From Octopus bimaculoides (lineage: Eukaryota), in NCBI RefSeq assembly GCF_001194135.2, contig NC_068998.1, positions 45,214,599 through 45,278,518 on the forward strand: a stretch of 63,920 bases of DNA, read 5' to 3'. Shown here piece after piece: positions 25,841 through 37,769 of this stretch; position 1 is the first letter of the stretch, and every line of letters starts with the position of its first letter. Under the pieces are notes generated by a model. The model was not told where the DNA came from. It was given only the letters and a program-made list of their open reading frames with translations, and searched no databases. Made by a program: the position numbers and the translations under genes.

Positions 25841-26022
25841 GCAGTGAGCTTAGCAGCATTTCATCCATCTATATATTCTGAGTTCAAATTCTGTCGAAGT
25901 CAGCATTGCATCTCATCCTTTCAGAGTTGATGAAATAGGTACCAGTTGAGCACTGGGGCCAGTGTAATTGACTAGCCCCTTCCGCAAAAATTTCAGATTT
26001 TGTACCTACAGTACAAAGGATT
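25841..26022 (+). mobile_element. SINE family B
   Basis: ggcagtgagcttagcagcatttcatcc...gagttcaaattc... Confidence 0.7.
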
Positions 26023-26059
26023 TTTGTTGTTGTTGTTGCTACTACTGTTGTTGTTGAGA

Positions 26060-26272
26060 CAGTAAGCTGACAGAATCATTACTGTGCCAGGCAAAATGCT
26101 TAGCAGCATTTCATCCGTCATTACATTCTGAGTTCAAATGCTGCCAAGTTTTGGCTTTGCTTCTCATTCTTACAGGGTTGATAAAAATAAGTACCAGTTG
26201 AACGCTGGGGTTGATGTAATCAACTTATTCCCTTCCCCCCAAAATATTGGTCTTGTACCAAAATTTGAAACC
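26060..26272 (+). mobile_element. SINE family B
   Basis: aagctgacagaatc...gataaaaataagtaccagttg...aaatttgaaacc. Confidence 0.75.
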
Positions 26273-26571
26273 ATTATCATCATCATCTTCATCATCACCA
26301 TCATCAACATCAAAAACATAGGTGAGACATCCAATGAAATATTGCTCTCACATCCAAGACAATGCGACTGGATGCAGAGACATCCTAGACTTCATTTGAA
26401 GAAAAGCCACTTGACTGATAGAGCCCCAGCTAGTTTGGTGCCACCTCTATGCAAGCATTCAAATACACTCATCTCACCTCCTCTTCTTCTCACCTTTATT
26501 TCTACCCGTCCATCCCAATTCCCCATATTAACAATGACATCCTCCTTTTGGAATATGCTTAAGTGTATGTG

Positions 26572-26745
26572 TTTTTGTGTGTGTGTGTCTTTGTCACCTA
26601 AAACCATTTGACAACCAGTGTTGGTTTGTTTATGTCCCATAACTTTGCAATTTGCAAAAAGAGACCCACAGAATATGTACCTGACTTTAAAAAAAACAAT
26701 AAATAAATGCTGGGGTCTATTTGTTCAATTAAGTCCTTCAAGACA
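26572..26745 (+). mobile_element. SINE family A, old 3' half
   Basis: ttgacaaccagtgttggtttgtttatgtccc...gagacc. Confidence 0.6.
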
Positions 26746-27109
26746 AAAAGATGTGTAAAGATTAAAAGGTAGTATTGCCAAGTTTAAAAAGTTGGAAAAC
26801 ATTGAGATTTTATTAAACATAGCAATTTCTCCGACCCCTTTCAGTCATCAGAAGCTAGTTTTTCTCATAAGGGGATTGTGCCCTTCCCCCAATGCAAAAC
26901 TTTAGCCTGATGGACATAGCTACTGAATCAGTCATGAATCCAAAAATACTCACACTTAGAAATTACTGGACAGTCATAAATGATGTGGTCAGTCATCTCT
27001 TTATAACAATTGCAGAGTCTAGACTTGATGTTATTTTCATTTCTCATTTATTTTGGTTTTGTAATTATCTTTGATTTGGCATTGCTCCTGTCTATTATTA
27101 TCATTATTA

Positions 27110-27400
27110 GCACCAAGTCTATCATGAAACTTGACCTGTCACCTTCCTTTGGACATAAGGGCAAGTGGTCTTCCTGTGTCTGGTGGCTATAGTAGAAAAG
27201 GTCCTATGTTAGACAAATTTATAAGGACTAAGGAGCAGCATTTCCTTCTTCAGTTAACCCCTTATCAATTTGTCTTAGAGAGGAAAGTTATGATGAAAAG
27301 AGAGATCTTACCTCCTTCTACGAAGAGCTACAAGAATGCCATAAGTGAATGGGTCTACTCTCAAAGTACACCAATAAGATGGAGAACACATCTAAGAGAA
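27110..27400 (+). mobile_element. Decayed 3' end of Tx1/L1-like LINE, same family as 7495-7830
   Basis: GQVVFLCLVAIVEKVLC*T...YQFVLERKVMMKREILP; nucleotide alignment to 7510-7690 visible by eye. Confidence 0.55.
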
Positions 27401-27727
27401 GATACACTGCCTCAGTAATAAGGATCATTCTGAATCCGTGGGGTTCCCTGTTTGATACCAGGAGGACGTTCCACTGTTGTTTTTCCTGTCTATTTTCTCA
27501 TATTCAGTCTTATGTTTTCATACCTAGAGCCCTTGCCCCTATTATTACTGGCACTGTTCTATTTTCATGCCCCACATCCCTAGATTTCAATTATAATTTC
27601 CTAGCACTCAGTTTCTCCACCTCTATATTTTGATCAGAGAGAACTGAGATATTTATCAAATTACAGACATTTTCGTTCAATTAAGGTTATTAGTATTAGT
27701 ATTAGTATTAGTATTAGAAAGTATTAT

Positions 27728-27930
27728 AGGGTGGCAAGCTGGCAGAATCTTTGGCACATAAGACAAAATGCTTAATGGTGTTTCATCTGTCTTCATGTTT
27801 TGAGGTCAACTGTGTCTTTCATCCTTTTCAGGTTTGATAAAATAAGTACCAGTCAAGTACTGGGGTTAATGTAACCAACTTAACCCCTTCCCTGAAATTG
27901 CTGGCCCTGTGCCAACATTTAGAATCAATA
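27728..27930 (+). mobile_element. SINE family B
   Basis: gggtggcaagctggcagaatc...gataaaataagtaccag... Confidence 0.75.
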
Positions 27931-28730
27931 TTAGAAAATATTATTACTACTGCTGCTGCTGCTTGTATCAGCAGTGTTGGTGGTGCTCCCCACCCCAACA
28001 CGTTTGGCTATATCCGTCTTAATCTGTTAATCAGCAAACTTCTTGACTAACTAAATCAGTGTGATTAGTAAACAGGATGAAACAAGCTTCAGCTATTATA
28101 GTGCACTCCACACTAACACATGTAAACTTAAGTATGTAATACTTGGTTGACTAAATATCCATCTCCTTCAGAAAGATTAATCTAGTTATTTAACAACAAT
28201 TTCTGATCTTTAATGTACTTTGTCCTACAACAGCCTTTGCTTCTTTAAACTTGTTTGCTCTACACTTAATTAGATGTACAAGTCACACCTACATCTTATA
28301 TTTTAGCAATGAACTACATCTTAATAACTTGATAATCCTCTACAACATTTTCCCCTATCCATCTTTCCAAATGCAGAACATTCTATCACACACAATGATG
28401 TTTACCAAGCATCAATGCTCATAGATGCAAGCTAAACATTAACCAAATCTTAGCAATCGAGTAGGTTTCAAGAGGCTCCTTAGTACTAAAGACTTTTGTC
28501 CTTTCCCTTAGACTTATCACTATGTAAAATACATATGTTTGTTTATCTTACATTCAGATTATCTAAACCAAACTTATTAGTTTACTCAGGTACATACCTG
28601 TAGTTATTTTACTTTGATTTATATCTTGAGTTATACTAAAAGTCATTCCTAGCTGTAGGACTACCTACATCAAAACACAGGCACAAAAATATGTGCGCCT
28701 GTACACACACACACACACACACACACACAA

Positions 28731-28890
28731 TGGGCTTCTTTTAGTTTCCATCTACCAAATCCACTCTCAAGGCTTTGGTCAGCCCAAGGCTATAGTAGAA
28801 GACACTTGCCCAAGGTGCTATGCAGTGGGACTGAACCTAGAACCATGTTGTTGAGAAGCAAGCTTCTTACCACACAGTTAAGCCTGTACC
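28731..28890 (-). mobile_element. SINE family A, 5' half
   Basis: Reverse complement of the A head and body, ending at (CA)n. Confidence 0.8.
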
Positions 28891-29894
28891 TATATAAGTA
28901 TTCTGAGTCTGAATTTTACATCTCCAATAGTCAGTAATTGATAAAATATGTACCAGTAATTCATTGATCTCATTTCAATTGATTATAATTTTTGGCTGTA
29001 TGGTAATAAGAATATTTAGCCTGTATGTATACTCATAGACGTTTTTTCCTTACACATGCACGCTCCCACTTTGCACCCCTCACCATCACCACCACCAAAT
29101 GGTGCTTAACAATTTGTATCCAATAAATAGAATGGTCTTATTAAAAATCAAGATAATATTAGGAAAGATCAATAAATTAATAGTTGTATGAATGAACACA
29201 TGTTCAATGATACTGCAGAAGACATACAGATGTATTCATTATTGATCTTCGATAAAAACAACCATGTTAACGCACTCAGTAATTTAACATTAAAAAGTGA
29301 TTTAGAAAAGTCTGTTAATCTATTCCTTAAGAAATGTTTATTTCCATATAGACTTCCATTAATGTAGCTTCGGACAGATTCTCTTTCAGCTGGTTTTCAT
29401 TAAAACATGCTCGAATTCTGTAGCAGTTGAATATTTACAATTATGAATATTGCAATAATATTTTATAAAATTTTACGAAGAAAATTTTAATATTTTAGGA
29501 AAATGAATATTATTTTGTATTCTCACATTAAGGTCATTAAAAGAATGTTCTGTATGTATAATATTTGGAATATTATTGATGGATTTTTATGTAGGGCATT
29601 ATTGTGAACATATAACCTGATGAAAGCTATTCCTCTTAAGTAAAAAGTCTCCTTAATTTCAGCTAGACAATGTAAAGTTACAAAATATTTATCTTTTATG
29701 CATTAGTTTCAATGCTGATAATGGTCGGCTTCTATAGAGTTATGTTCATCGTTGCCTTACCCAAGAACACGGGACGGAATTAGGAAGAAGATATTATGTA
29801 TGAACCCATAAGTTATTTGTAGTAGCATCTTATAGCTTCAACTACCCTTGATTCTGAGCCTCACTGTGAAGACTATCATTATTATTATTATTCA

Positions 29895-30005
29895 AGATGG
29901 CAGAATCATTAGCATGTTGGGCAAAATGCTTAGTGGCATTTCATTTGTCTTTACATTCTGAGTTCAAATTCCAGCAAAGTCAACTTTGCCTTTCATCTTT
30001 TCAGA
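29895..30005 (+). mobile_element. SINE family B, 5' part
   Basis: ggcagaatcattagcatgttgggcaaaatgcttag...gagttcaaattcc. Confidence 0.75.
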
Positions 30006-31950
30006 GTTACCCTTGCTTATACTTTGCTCTGAGACCAAACAACTAGTATATATAATAACCCTATATAGTAACTGTTTATACAAAGGAAAATATTGTAATA
30101 GTCATTGTTTTAGTTGAATTGCTGTGGTTAGCATGCATAATTATATTATCAATATGCAACCTATATATCGTTAATATAACCTAATTTATCTCAACGTTGT
30201 GTCTAGCTTGAGAAACAATCTCATATTACTGCTGTTATATTTTCCAAACTGTAATGTTCAGCATCCAAATAGATTTCAATAGAATTTCATTTCTTTCCTT
30301 TTTTAAGTGGAAAATTTACAATAAAAATATGTATAGTTGAGAAACACTGTCTGTGTGGATGGAGACAATCCCGGGAGATTGAATTAGGACCAACATCACA
30401 GTAAGCAGATCAATAACTAGCAACAGTATCTATACATGGGTAATAACTAATACCACAAGTACCAGAACCTATAAATAGAAGCAAAACTGTATTTAAGAAT
30501 AAAGTCAGTTCTAAAGTAAATGTGAAATAAGAAAATAGCCAAGTTACTGGATTAGCAGTGCAATGCCTTATGAATTCAGATTTAATCTAAGTCTCAGTGC
30601 ACAAGGGAAATGGCTTAATGGATAAGGTATTGGGCTACTGTTTCTTGGTTTATGAGTTCAACTCCATCACTAGCATTTTGTCATGTCTTTGTGCAGAACT
30701 TTTTATTTTAAATATTTTACTGTCAAGAATACCAACAAGTACTTCAAGAGAAAGTTATGTAAAAACACGGGTCTCCAGTCCAGGGGAAAATGTATCTCTA
30801 AAGGGTCCCTGAAGTTTGTAATACTCCAAGGCAGATTTTAATAAATTAAGGAAGCTGATTTTTAAAATGTATAAAAGATGCTTGTACAATATATATATGC
30901 ATATATATAGAGAAAGAGTGCATTAGTTTACAAACTTTAACAAGTATCTCTAGAATATCTCTTTCTTGGTTAGTTTGTTTTGTTTTCATTTGGGATTCTC
31001 AGGAAGAAAGACAAACAATTCTAAATCGTTCATTTCATGTCCATTTTCTATGCTTGGAATAGTTTATGAAAATTTTATCGTCTACATATCATTCTGTGTG
31101 GCGAATTTGTTACTTAAATGTTTTTATCTCCTAATCTTTCTTCTGTAAAACCTTTATTTTTGATCTCTGATTACAAAAGAGTACAATAGCTGTTTTTCAC
31201 TTCTGAATCTGTCCAAGCTCTTTGATTCACAAACTCTAAATCTTATCTCTATATCATAACTTTTGTACTTTTAAATATGTAATATATTTGGGAGTCTTGT
31301 AATATTGAAAAAATTAACGAACTGAGTAATCAGACTTAAATTATCAAGAAACAATATTACTATTCCAGCTTTTTGAGGTTAAACAATATTTTGCCCCTGC
31401 TTATTTCGTCTCAGTAAAACTCTTTTTTTTTTTTTATAAAATTTGTAAATTTTAAAATAGCATTTATGTTACCAAAGTCTACATCTTTAGATTCTTCTTT
31501 CACACATTCTTTGCAACAACATCTGTCAATTTTTCTCCAACTCAGTTTTTTTTTTTTTCTTTATCAGAAAATGAAGAAAACATTTCAAGAGGTGTTACAT
31601 ATTTCTTCCAACATGAATGTGTGTGTGTGTGTGTGTGTATGTATGTGTGTGTATGTATGTATGTATGTATGTATGTATTTGTGTATGTATGTCATTGTTC
31701 AGTTTTGTTTCAAGATTTCATGCTAATAGAGAAAGAGTTGGTTTCTAACCTAGATCCAAGACTCCTTCATTGGAATTTCAACATCAACAACAGGATATTT
31801 TTGTATGTATGAATGTATGTATGTATATGTGCAGATTTGTAAGTTTTGCTTTATGTATGTATTCTCATGCATATAGTTGCATATCTAGACATGCTCATAT
31901 ATATTTACTTGATAAACTTCTAGAAAGCTTTACAGACTTATACACACACA

Positions 31951-31984
<34 letters not shown>

Positions 31985-31988
<4 letters not shown>

Positions 31989-32140
31989 GCTTCTTTCAGT
32001 TTTCGTCTACCAAATCCACTCACAAGGCTTTGGTCGGCCCAAGGCTAAAGTAGAAGATACTTGCCCAAGGTACTACGCAGTGGGACTGAAACCAGGACCC
32101 TGTGGTTGGTAAGCAAGCTACTTACCACACAGCCACTTCT
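31985..32140 (-). mobile_element. SINE family A, 5' half
   Basis: Reverse complement of the A head and body. Confidence 0.85.
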
Positions 32141-32219
32141 ATATATATATATAGATAGATATATAGATAGATAGATATATGCATATTATGTAATTTGTAT
32201 ATTTTACATACATATATGC

Positions 32220-32337
32220 CACTTATAAAAACAAAGATGTATACATGCATACACACACTTAGACACACTTGTATGTGTGTGTGTGCATGTATATGTGTCT
32301 AAGTGTGTATGTATGTGTACATCTTTGTTTATAAGTG
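32220..32337. repeat. Imperfect inverted repeat, about 45-bp arms
   Basis: cacttataaaaacaaagatgtatacatgcatacacacacttagacac pairs with gtgtctaagtgtgtatgtatgtgtacatctttgtttataagtg. Confidence 0.9.
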
Positions 32338-33046
32338 CCATACGTGTACATGATATGTCAAATTATGTAGCTTTCAGATAGAGATTGTGTTGAAAGTTTA
32401 TCTAAATCTCTGTAGAAGAGACTATTGGACAACCTTGTAATAACACTTTATAAAAAGGAACTAAAACTACAGATCTAATGTTATCAACATCGATTATTTT
32501 GTTAGAGACACTCTAAGAATCCATGTGACAATATTGATTTACTATAGCATTCTCAGTTTCTACGAGGGTTACTTATAGTGCTTAGAACTTGTCTAATTGA
32601 CTTCAGTAAACACCAAATTCTATTTAAGCTTATAATTCTCTTTGACACATCTGTCAATGGAGTAGCTTCAAACAGTTATTTATGGACTTCAAACAGTTTC
32701 AGATTGAAACTAGATATTTCAATGCATCTGGTAAAATAGTTAGTAGAATTTATAGCCAATTAATTAAATTATAATTCTGTCATCAATGACCATATTTGGA
32801 ATTTACTATGCTTTTCTCTTTTTCTGGCGGGGAAGAAATATCCCTGACTGCAGTTGCTGCTACTGATCTGCCAAGATGGCTCAAGTGCTGTTAATATTCT
32901 GTTTAAACATCTGTAGAAAGACATGTACTGAAGAATATATGAGCAGAAATGATGGGATGGCATGTTTTATGTAGGATGTAGAAGATACGACAAGGAAAGG
33001 AAAGATAGTCTTTGAGTTAAAGATTGTATGTAGCTTGTTTGTTTAA

Positions 33047-33266
33047 CTCTTTAGCATTCAGATTATTTTGTCAACTGTGATGCTTTATTATTCACATTGT
33101 TTTGAATTAGTAATGCATTATCTCATAGCTTTGAGGTTCTGATGAAGTGATTGTTTATTTTTAGAATGACATTATAGGGTGGGTGTGAGAGGTCAGATTT
33201 GGCCAGTTTAAGCATAAATCATGTAGAATATTTGGGCCAGATTTTGCTGGTTTAAATGCTAAAGGA
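33047..33266. mobile_element. piggyBac-type MITE
   Basis: TTAA-ctctttagcatt...aatgctaaagg termini; homologous to 58320-58501 and the 10329-10714 arms. Confidence 0.7.
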
Positions 33267-34204
33267 TCAAAGAAGTAGTTGTCATTATATTTGTTTGTTT
33301 AAAGCAGCAGTTGTTGTTATGTCTGTTGTAATGGAGACAAAAAGGGAAACAGCACGACTGCAGGTCTTATCAAGCTACTTCAGAGATAACCAGCAACTGG
33401 TCTATGTTAGAGTATTTTCTGACTGCAAATAGGAAACCTAGTCTTTTGGATGCAGTTTTGCTTTGTCATGTATGTGAGGCAACCATGAGTTATAATCAGA
33501 GGTTCTGAAGCCCATCACTTCAAGGTTTATTATTTATAAAGAAAGACTAATTCTTTGATATGTGTAACAACTGTATTTTTGAGATACTGAAGGATGATTC
33601 AACCATTTTAATTAAATACAGATTATATGTTACATAATCTTGTGTTTTATTTTTAGTTGGTATTAACTAATTACTTAGATCAAAATATCAATGTTTTCAA
33701 AAATCGGCTGATTACATAATAAAGATAACAATGTCAGAATTTAAATGATGTTGCTAAATATCAAACTATAAATGTTATTTTTTACTACACCATCTGTTGT
33801 CAGTTACAAATGTCTTAGAAACGAAAGACATTTAAGAACATTGAAAACGTTTCGTTAAAAAGCTTCATGATTAAACATCATCATAAGAGTGAAAGGGGAA
33901 AATATCTTATTTCTAAATGGTCTTTATTCTACTGAGTCACAAGTAGAGGTAGAATGCATGAGTGGATGGTTATGTAACTAACAGGATTTGGGGCACGGTA
34001 TTTTGCAAATGAACACATTGCATATTTAGGAAGTACACTTAATTACATGGGGTATTGTTTATTTAGATGTAGGAAACAAATAATAGATATCAGTGTATCC
34101 AGAAAGGATATCAGCAATAAATTTGTGATGCATTGAGGGAGAGATTTATTTTTCAGTCGGTTATAGTATCATTATCAAAGAAACACAAAATTATTATTGG
34201 CACA

Positions 34205-34502
34205 TAAAATACACCATTTTGAGCATGGCCGTTGCCAGTACCTCCTGACTGGCCTTCATGCCGGTGGCACGTAAAGGCTCTCACTACACTCTCAGAGTGG
34301 TTGGCGTTAAGAAGGGCATCCAGCTGTAGAAATTCTGCCAAATTAGATTGGAGCCTGGTGTAACCATCTGGTTCANNNNNNNNNNCTGCCAAATTAGATT
34401 GGAGCCTGGTGTAACCATCTGGTTCACCAGTCCTCAGTCAAATCGTCCAACCCATGCTAGCATGAAAAGTGGACATTAAACAACGATGATGATGATGATG
34501 AT
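34205..34502 (+). mobile_element. SINE family D
   Basis: gccggtggcacgtaaa...gagtggttggcgttaagaagggcatccagc...tccaacccatgctagcatg...(GAT)n tail. Confidence 0.85.
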
Positions 34503-35099
34503 GTTTCTCAAACATCAGTAAAAATGTTTCTATCTAATAAAAATAGTTATTTTGGGATTGAGCAAGGATCAAGTATCTCAACTTAGAGCTAAAAAAGGAA
34601 ACAATAAGTAATATCCTGAGGGTTGCTTTTATGCTGGAATAAGTTTTATAGTGAATGGATTCAAAGCCAGTTTTCCTGAGGACTTCAGAGTTAGAGATAT
34701 GTTGCTACCATTTGATGTTCGTCATAGCTCTCATATGTCACATGACAGAAGTACTGATCTTTTGATTTGTGTTTTGTAAAGTGTCTAAAGTTCTGGTAGT
34801 ATCATACAGACAACTGAAATAGCTGTTTGTCATATCTCTTCATCGGTTTCATATTGAGTCCTTGGTCGACACATATTCTCAAGTCACCTATTTCTCAAGG
34901 TTATATGAAAATAGTAAAGTCAGTGCTAGAATAATATAAAGAAGTGAGAAATATCTATCAATTAAGATTAGAGAGGTGAAAATAATTCATTACCTAAATG
35001 AGTAAATCTGGTCATAATAAAGGCAAAGGAGGTAAATCTGAAATTTAAAATGTTAATTAATAAAGAAATGTGAATTCAATCTTTATTATTATGATAACA

Positions 35100-35490
35100 G
35101 TGGAGGCGCAATGGCCCAGTAGTTAGGACAGCAGACATGAAGTCATAAGATCGCGGTTTCGATTCCCATACCGGGCGCTGTGAGTGTTTATTGAGCGAAA
35201 ACACCTAAAGCTCCACGAGGCTCCGGCAGGGGATGGTGGTGAACCCTGCTGTACTCTTTCACCACAGCTTTCTCTCACTCTTACTTCCTGTTTCTGTTGT
35301 GCCTGTAATTCAAAGGGTCAGCCTTGTCACACTCTGTGTCACACTGAATATCCCCGAGAACTACATTAAGGATACACGTGTCTGTGGAGTGCTCAGCCAC
35401 TTGCACGTTAATTTCACGAGCAGGCTGTTCCATTGATCGGATCAACTGGAACCCTCGACGTCGTAAGCGACGGAGTGCCAACAACAACAA
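35100..35490 (+). mobile_element. SINE family C, full length, 12-bp TSD
   Basis: A-box-like TGGCCCAGTAG, B-box-like GGTTTCGATTCCC, (ACA)n tail; ATTATGATAACA at 35088-35099 and 35490-35501. Confidence 0.92.
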
Positions 35491-35589
35491 TTATGATAAC
35501 AACCCCAGATATGTTTTAGTCTAACTGTGAGTGTCAGCCTTTCAAATGACTGGGGAGGATATAAGGTTTTAGGGGTGTAATAATTAGAA

Positions 35590-36482
35590 AGAGGAGTAAC
35601 TAGGGATAAAATACCTGTGGAAGATTCCTCTTAGGTCTTGGAGAAGTGTGACCCCCATTTCATGAACTGAGCCTTTATTTATGTATCATAAGGAATGGCC
35701 ATGTTTCATTCTCTGTCTCCAGATAAAAAAAAACTATCTTCATTGACTTCAAATGCTTCCAGCAGATTGGAGAAGACTTCCACCCTTCTATCTTTTAATT
35801 CAGGTTTCAACTGCCAAAAACCAACTCAGCCCACACTTTCTGATACCCAAAGTCTTCCTCCATATTCTGTAATGCATTGTAACTATATTCCAGTCGTTGG
35901 AAACTAGTGACAATGGCCACAATTGATGGTCCCCAACTGTATGGTTTGTCTTTAATACCTTTTCTCTTCTTTAAAATTCTCCCTCCATCTGTACACATTT
36001 CTCTTGTCATTTTCATAAACAACTTATTTCTTTATTGCCCACAAGGGGCTAAACATAGAGGGGACAAACAAAGGGATTAAGTCGATTACATCAACCCTAG
36101 TGCGTAACTGGTACTTAATTTATCGGCCCCGAAAGGATGAAAAACAAAGTCGACCTCGGCAGAATTTGAACTCAGAACGTAATGGCAGATGAAATACCGC
36201 TAAGCATTTCACCCGGCGTGCTAACGTTTCTGCCAGCTCACCACCTTCATAAACAACTTGTAGCTTGCTATAGATGTCAGACAGCTTGCCTCTTTGCTTC
36301 ATCAAGAACTCAAGTATGGCACAATGCTTCTGCTTGGAACCCATTATTTGTCTCTAATGAAGAACAGATAGAAGAGTTACTGTAGAAAAAGAGTTACTCC
36401 ACCAACACGTGAAATGTGAACAACCTATGTCATTTAATAAAAGTTATGCCCTCTTCTGCATTACTTTTTGTAGAAACCCTCC
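35590..36482 (-). mobile_element. Decayed mariner transposon interrupted by SINE B
   Basis: TIR-like GGAGGGTTTCTACAAAAAGTAATGCA after TA. Protein relics: MGSKQKHCAILEFL..QVVY, NVYRWRENFKE, IKDKP, EDFGYQKVWA, ENETW, YDT*IKAQFMKW, SPRPK, matching mariner motifs. Confidence 0.8.
36026..36245 (-). mobile_element. SINE family B, young full-length copy with 14-bp TSD
   Basis: TTCATAAACAACTT at 36012-36025 and 36246-36259. Confidence 0.92.
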
Positions 36483-37465
36483 TAATTACAAAACTTCTGA
36501 TCTGAAGAATTACAATTCCTTACACATGATTTCTTTCGCATCTCTTTTTTTCTTTTTTTTTTTTTTTCTGAAGTCTCAAGAATTAAACTGAACAAGCAAT
36601 TCTGTAAACCAAAAACAAATAAAAAAAAAATGCTCTTTTTGGTTGAAATCTCATTTTCTNNNNNNNNNNNNNNNNNNNNNNNNNNNNNNNNNNNNNNNNN
36701 NNNNNNNNNNNNNNNNNNNNNNNNNNNNNNNNNNNNNNNNNNNNNNNNNNNNNNNNNNNNNNNNNNNNNNNNNNNNNNNNNNNNNNNNNNNNNNNNNNNN
36801 NNNNNNNNNNNNNNNNNNNNNNNNNNNNNNNNNNNNNNNNNNNNNNNNNNNNNNNNNNNNNNNNNNNNNNNNNNNNNNNNNNNNNNNNNNNNNNNNNNNN
36901 NNNNNNNNNNNNNNNNNNNNNNNNNNNNNNNNNNNNNNNNNNNNNNNNNNNNNNNNNNNNNNNNNNNNNNNNNNNNNNNNNNNNNNNNNNNNNNNNNNNN
37001 NNNNNNNNNNNNNNNNNNNNNNNNNNNNNNNNNNNNNNNNNNNNNNNNNNNNNNNNNNNNNNNNNNNNNNNNNNNNNNNNNNNNNNNNNNNNNNNNNNNN
37101 NNNNNNNNNNNNNNNNNNNNNNNNNNNNNNNNNNNNNNNNNNNNNNNNNNNNNNNNNNNNNNNNNNNNNNNNNNNNNNNNNNNNNNNNNNNNNNNNNNNN
37201 NNNNNNNNNNNNNNNNNNNNNNNNNNNNNNNNNNNNNNNNNNNNNNNNNNNNNNNNNNNNNNNNNNNNNNNNNNNNNNNNNNNNNNNNNNNNNNNNNNNN
37301 NNNNNNNNNNNNNNNNNNNNNNNNNNNNNNNNNNNNNNNNNNNNNNNNNNNNNNNNNNNNNNNNNNNNNNNNNNNNNNNNNNNNNNNNNNNNNNNNNNNN
37401 NNNNNNNNNNNNNNNNNNNNNNNNNNNNNNNNNNNNNNNNNNNNNNNNNNNNNNNNNNNNNNNNN

Positions 37466-37530
37466 TACAGTGACGTAAATACACCAACATCGGTTGTCAA
37501 GCGATGGTGGGGGGAATAAACATTGACACG

Positions 37531-37594
<64 letters not shown>

Positions 37595-37708
37595 CACAAC
37601 AGGCTTCTTTTCAGTTTCCACCTACCAAATCCATTCACAAGGCTTTGGTTGACCCAGAACCATGTGGTTGGGAAGCAAGCTTCTTACCACACAGCCACTC
37701 TTGTGCCT
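37466..37708 (-). mobile_element. SINE family A with internal deletion, 3' end in gap
   Basis: Reverse complement of A; jumps from ggctttggttgacc to cagaaccatgtgg. Confidence 0.75.
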
Positions 37709-37734
37709 CTCTCTCACTTTCACTCCCTCTCCCT

Positions 37735-37769
<35 letters not shown>

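Noticed and set aside
23607-26745. Recurring conserved sequences as a possible CRISPR-like array
   Set aside because: Irregular spacing, units of hundreds of bp, eukaryotic context, no cas genes: dispersed SINEs.
34335-34426. 41-bp direct repeat either side of a 10-N gap
   Set aside because: Same assembly-overlap pattern.
35100-35175. tRNA-like sequences with A and B boxes (also at 44576, 47760, 56137)
   Set aside because: They are SINE heads continuing into repeat bodies; no complete cloverleaf was supported.
36120-36344. 74-aa ORF as a host gene
   Set aside because: Chimera of a mariner N-terminus and antisense SINE B sequence.
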